This document shows positions 5,105 to 8,910 of a stretch of DNA of 8,910 nt, piece by piece. The stretch lies in IMG/VR virus record IMGVR_UViG_2778261536_000007, one strand, 5' to 3'. The position numbers and the translations under genes were made by a program. This stretch comes from a virus. Lineage: Duplodnaviria > Heunggongvirae > Uroviricota > Caudoviricetes. Every line of letters begins with the position of its first letter. The first letter of the stretch is position 1. Below the pieces are notes generated by a model. It saw only the letters and a program-made list of their open reading frames with translations, did no database searches and had not been told where the DNA came from.

Positions 5105-7271
5105 GGAGTCTGCTTCTTTTGTCCCGGTTGAGACTGAATCCGATCCGATGAACGTCACTTTTGACAAGCTGGCCCCTGAAGTACAGAACGCTGTCATGGT
5201 TAAGTTCGACACATGTGAAAACATCACCGTTGATATGGTTATTAGCGCACAGGAATTGTTGCAGGAAGACATGGCAACATTCGACGGACATATCGTTGAA
5301 GCGTTGATGAAAATGCCAGAAGTTAACGCCATGTATCCGGAGCTTAAGTTGCACGCCATTGGGTGGGTTAAGCATAAATGTATTCCTGGTGCTAAATGGC
5401 CCGAAATTCAGGCAGAGATGCGCATCTGGAAAAAACGTCGCGAAGGTGAACGCAAGGAAACCGGAAAATACACGTCTGTTGTTGATCTCGCCCGCGCCAG
5501 AACCAATCAACAGTACACTGAAAATTCAACAGGAAAAATCAGCCCGGTCATTGCTGCCATTCATCGCGAATACAAGCAGACATGGAAAACACTGGATGAC
5601 GAACTGGCCTACGCTCTCTGGCCTGGTGATGTGGATGCCGGAAACATTGACGGCAGCATCCATCGCTGGGCAAAAAAAGAAGTTATCGACAACGACCGCG
5701 AAGACTGGAAGCGTATCTCGGCATCAATGCGCAAACAGCCTGATGCCCTTCGCTACGACCGCCAGACTATTTTTGGCCTTGTCCGTGAGCGTCCGATCGA
5801 CATTCACAAAGATCCCATAGCACTGAACAAATATATCTGCGAATACCTGACGACAAAGGGCGTGTTTGAGAATGAAGAAACAGACCTGGGCACTGTTGAT
5901 GTTCTCCAGTCATCAGAAACACAAACTGATGCAGTGGAAACTGAGGTATCTGATATCCCAAAAAATGAAACCGCGCCGGAAGCTGAACCATCTGTAGAGC
6001 GTGAGGGGCCGTTCTATTTCCTCTTCGCAGATAAGGACGGAGAAAAATACGGTCGCGCAAACAAACTTTCTGGTCTGGATAAGGCACTGGCTGCTGGCGC
6101 CACTGAAATCACAAAAGAAGAATATTTTGCCCGAAAAAATGGCACATACACGGGCTTACCGCAAAATGTAGATACCGCTGAAGATTCAGAACAACCAGAG
6201 CCGATAAAAGTTACCGCTGACGAAGTAAACAAAATTATGCAGGCAGCCAATATCAGCCAGCCTGACGCCGATAAGTTGCTTGCTGCATCACGTGGTGAAT
6301 TTGTTGAAGGGATTAGTGACCCGAATGATCCGAAATGGGTTAAGGGGATCCAGACCCGCGATTCTGTGAACCAGAACCAGCATGAATCGGAACGGAACTA
6401 CCAAAAAGCGGAACAAAACAGCACAAATGCGTTACAAAACGAGCCAGAAACGAAACAGCCTGAACCAGTGGCGCAACTGGAAGTGGAAAAAGTCTGCACC
6501 GCCTGCGGTCAGACCGGCGGCGGCAACTGCCCTGATTGTGGCGCGGTGATGGGCGACGCAACATACCAGGAAACATTCGATGAAGAGTATCAGGTTGAAG
6601 TTCAGGAAGATGATCTGGAGGAAATGGAAGGCGCTGAACATCCACACAAGGAGAACACTGGCGGCAATCAGCATCACAATAGCGATAATGAAACTGGCGA
6701 GACGGCAGATCACTCAATTAAGGTGAACGGTCATCACGAAATCACATCCACCAGCAGGACGTGTGACCATCTAATGATCGACCTTGAAACCATGGGAAAA
6801 AATCCTGATGCCCCGATCATCTCAATAGGTGCAATATTTTTCGATCTGGAAACTGCTGGCGGAGTCATTGATCGGGACACCATTAAATGGTGGCTTAAGC
6901 AATCACGCGAAGCGCAATCTGCCATTATGACCGATGAAATCCCGTTAGATGATGCACTGTTACAATTGCGGGAATTTATCGACGAAAACTCCGGTGAATT
7001 TTTTGTTCAGGTTTGGGGAAATGGAGCCAACTTCGACAACACGATTTTGCGCCGTTCATACGAACGGCAGGGGATCCCCTGCCCGTGGCGTTACTACAAC
7101 GATCGCGATGTACGCACAATCGTTGAGCTGGGGAAAGCCATAGACTTCGATGCCAGAACGGCTATTCCATTCGAAGGTGAGCGCCATAATGCACTTGATG
7201 ACGCCCGTTACCAGGCAAAATACGTTTCAGTTATCTGGCAAAAACTGATCCCGAGTCAGGCTGATTCTTAA
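5082..7271 (+). CDS. RecE-like protein (annotated in databases as exodeoxyribonuclease VIII) with C-terminal DEDDh (DnaQ/RNase T-like) 3'-5' exonuclease domain
   Basis: Track ORF 4929-7271 starts on TTG inside the upstream gene; first in-frame ATGs are 5073 and 5082. Middle segment DKLLAASRGEFVEGISDPNDPKWVKGIQTRD resembles E. coli RecE as I remember it. C-terminal about 170 aa carry DEDDh motifs: DLETMG, WGNGANFDN, HNALDDARYQ. Confidence 0.75.
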   Translation: MQENRWDEESASFVPVETESDPMNVTFDKLAPEVQNAVMVKFDTCENITVDMVISAQELLQEDMATFDGHIVEALMKMPEVNAMYPELKLHAIGWVKHKCIPGAKWPEIQAEMRIWKKRREGERKETGKYTSVVDLARARTNQQYTENSTGKISPVIAAIHREYKQTWKTLDDELAYALWPGDVDAGNIDGSIHRWAKKEVIDNDREDWKRISASMRKQPDALRYDRQTIFGLVRERPIDIHKDPIALNKYICEYLTTKGVFENEETDLGTVDVLQSSETQTDAVETEVSDIPKNETAPEAEPSVEREGPFYFLFADKDGEKYGRANKLSGLDKALAAGATEITKEEYFARKNGTYTGLPQNVDTAEDSEQPEPIKVTADEVNKIMQAANISQPDADKLLAASRGEFVEGISDPNDPKWVKGIQTRDSVNQNQHESERNYQKAEQNSTNALQNEPETKQPEPVAQLEVEKVCTACGQTGGGNCPDCGAVMGDATYQETFDEEYQVEVQEDDLEEMEGAEHPHKENTGGNQHHNSDNETGETADHSIKVNGHHEITSTSRTCDHLMIDLETMGKNPDAPIISIGAIFFDLETAGGVIDRDTIKWWLKQSREAQSAIMTDEIPLDDALLQLREFIDENSGEFFVQVWGNGANFDNTILRRSYERQGIPCPWRYYNDRDVRTIVELGKAIDFDARTAIPFEGERHNALDDARYQAKYVSVIWQKLIPSQADS

Positions 7272-7282
7272 TGTTCAACTGT

Positions 7283-7314
7283 CGCCGGTTGTGACTGGTA
7301 TTCTGCAACCGGCG
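7283..7314 (+). other. Perfect 9-bp stem hairpin (CGCCGGTTG / CAACCGGCG, 14-nt loop) between exonuclease and xis
   Basis: Perfect inverted repeat with no following T-run, so not a canonical intrinsic terminator. Confidence 0.5.
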
Positions 7315-7343
7315 CTCGTCTAATGTAAGAGATAAAGAAATCG

Positions 7344-7595
7344 ATGAGCGAAGTAATCATGATTGTCTCTCCCGGCAAATGGGTATCCGAAGAGCAGTTA
7401 ATTGCGCTGAAAGGAATAAAAAAAGGTACGTTAAAAAAGGCCCGGGAAAAATCGTTTATGGAAGGAAGGGAATATAAGCATGTCGCTCATGACGGTATGC
7501 CATGGGATAACAGCCCATGCTTTTACAACCTGGAAGAAATTGATCGCTGGATTGAGCGCCAGGCATCAGCGAGACCAAGACGTCATCTTACTTGA
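7344..7595 (+). CDS. xis: Excisionase (lambda Xis-like)
   Basis: 83-aa protein directly upstream of the integrase; the motif EGREYKH resembles the lambda Xis DNA-binding region. Confidence 0.7.
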   Translation: MSEVIMIVSPGKWVSEEQLIALKGIKKGTLKKAREKSFMEGREYKHVAHDGMPWDNSPCFYNLEEIDRWIERQASARPRRHLT

Positions 7596-7629
7596 CTAAA
7601 AGCCACACTAACTAATGAGAGAAGTTGAA

Positions 7630-8910
7630 ATGAAATATCCGACAGGCGTGGAAAACCATGGAGGGAAATTACGTATCTGGTTTGTTTATAAAGGCGTAAG
7701 AGTCAGGGAAAATCTGGGGGTTCCTGACACAGCAAAAAACAGGCGCGTTGCAGGTGAACTACGCGCCTCTGTTTGTTACGCAATAAAAACTGGTGTTTTC
7801 GACTATGCAAAACAGTTTCCCTCCTCACGCAATCTGGAAAAATTTGGTGAGGCCCGACAAGATTTAACCATAAAAGAACTGGCTGAAAAATTTCTGGCAC
7901 TGAAAGAAACTGAAGTCGCAAAAACATCACTCAACACATACCGTGCCGTCATCAAAAATATCCTGAGCATAATCGGTGAAAAAAATCTTGCCTCATCGAT
8001 TAATAAAGAAAAATTACTGGAGGTTCGTAAAGAGCTACTGACTGGATACCAGATCCCCAAAAGTAACTATATTGTTACACAACCAGGGAGATCGGCTGTA
8101 ACTGTAAATAATTACATGACAAATCTTAACGCCGTGTTCCAGTTTGGTGTTGATAACGGTTACTTGGCAGATAACCCGTTTAAGGGGATCTCGCCATTAA
8201 AGGAATCAAGAACCATTCCGGATCCTCTTTCGCGGGAGGAATTCATCCGTCTTATCGATGCGTGCAGAAATCAGCAAGCCAAAAATTTATGGTGTGTTTC
8301 TGTTTATACTGGCGTTCGCCCTGGTGAGCTGTGTGCACTTGGATGGGAGGACATAGATCTGAAAAATGGAACAATGATGATCAGGAGAAATTTAGCAAAA
8401 GACCGTTTCACGGTACCAAAAACACAGGCGGGAACCAATCGGGTCATTCATCTTATTAAGCCAGCAATCGACGCTCTCCGGAGTCAGATGACATTAACGA
8501 GACTGAGCAAAGAGCATATCATTGATGTTCACCTCAGAGAGTATGGCAGAACAGAAAAACAAAAATGCACCTTTGTTTTTCAACCTGAAGTGTCAGCGAG
8601 AGTAAAAAATTATGGTGACCATTTTACCGTTGACTCAATAAGGCAGATGTGGGACGCAGCGATAAAACGTGCCGGACTCCGCCATCGAAAATCATATCAG
8701 TCGAGACATACTTATGCCTGCTGGTCGCTGACAGCTGGTGCTAACCCGGCATTTATAGCAAACCAGATGGGCCATGCAGATGCGCAAATGGTATTTCAGG
8801 TATACGGAAAATGGATGTCTGAAAACAATAATGCACAGGTAGCTTTGTTAAATACACAGTTAAGCGAGTTTGTCCCAACCATGCCCCATAACGAAGCAAT
8901 GAAAAATTAA
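7630..8910 (+). CDS. int: Phage tyrosine integrase (lambda Int family)
   Basis: N-terminal MKYPTGVE... arm-binding-like start and C-terminal catalytic region (VYTGVRPGEL, SRHTYA, GHADAQMVFQVYGKW with catalytic Tyr). Alternative upstream ATG at 7615. Stop codon is the last three bases of the window. Confidence 0.85.
   Translation: MKYPTGVENHGGKLRIWFVYKGVRVRENLGVPDTAKNRRVAGELRASVCYAIKTGVFDYAKQFPSSRNLEKFGEARQDLTIKELAEKFLALKETEVAKTSLNTYRAVIKNILSIIGEKNLASSINKEKLLEVRKELLTGYQIPKSNYIVTQPGRSAVTVNNYMTNLNAVFQFGVDNGYLADNPFKGISPLKESRTIPDPLSREEFIRLIDACRNQQAKNLWCVSVYTGVRPGELCALGWEDIDLKNGTMMIRRNLAKDRFTVPKTQAGTNRVIHLIKPAIDALRSQMTLTRLSKEHIIDVHLREYGRTEKQKCTFVFQPEVSARVKNYGDHFTVDSIRQMWDAAIKRAGLRHRKSYQSRHTYACWSLTAGANPAFIANQMGHADAQMVFQVYGKWMSENNNAQVALLNTQLSEFVPTMPHNEAMKN

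Larger units (their letters stand above)
1..8910. mobile_element. Segment of a lambdoid prophage (Qin/dicBF-type): replication module, immunity region, dicB operon, exonuclease, xis, int
   Basis: Gene content and order (replication initiator with iterons, divergent cro-like/cI-like pair with shared operators, early operon running toward xis-int, tyrosine integrase at the edge). Compact, translationally coupled genes. Confidence 0.8.

Noticed and set aside
5019-7143. Nested ORFs on either strand inside the exonuclease gene (5019-5510, 5066-5359, 5359-5820, 5767-6087, 6014-6250, 6340-6717, 6432-6713, 6734-6925, 6949-7143)
   Set aside because: All lie within the long exonuclease frame, which has recognisable domains; alternative-frame translations are low complexity.

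Overview
The window reads as one contiguous piece of an enterobacterial (E. coli-like) lambdoid prophage of the Qin/dicBF type, with no rRNA, tRNA or CRISPR. Minus strand, left to right: a short SAM-methyltransferase-like ORF, a 140-aa ORF, a replication-initiator gene carrying an in-gene iteron origin, a 173-aa ORF in the cII slot, and the Cro-like dicC. Divergent from dicC on the plus strand: the dicA repressor, then the dicB operon (ydfA, ydfB, ydfC, a ~340-bp structured untranslated stretch, the DicF sRNA, dicB, ydfD), an 85-aa ORF, a ~730-aa RecE-like protein ending in a DnaQ-like 3'-5' exonuclease domain, xis and a tyrosine integrase that stops at the window edge. The same palindromic operator flanks dicA on both sides, a lambda OR/OL-like layout. 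Gene names rest on remembered E. coli K-12 Qin sequences and sizes, not a database search. Most of the region matches described biology; the least explained parts are the exonuclease with no annealase partner, the possibly truncated methyltransferase with its 140-aa neighbour, and the small ydfA/B/C proteins.
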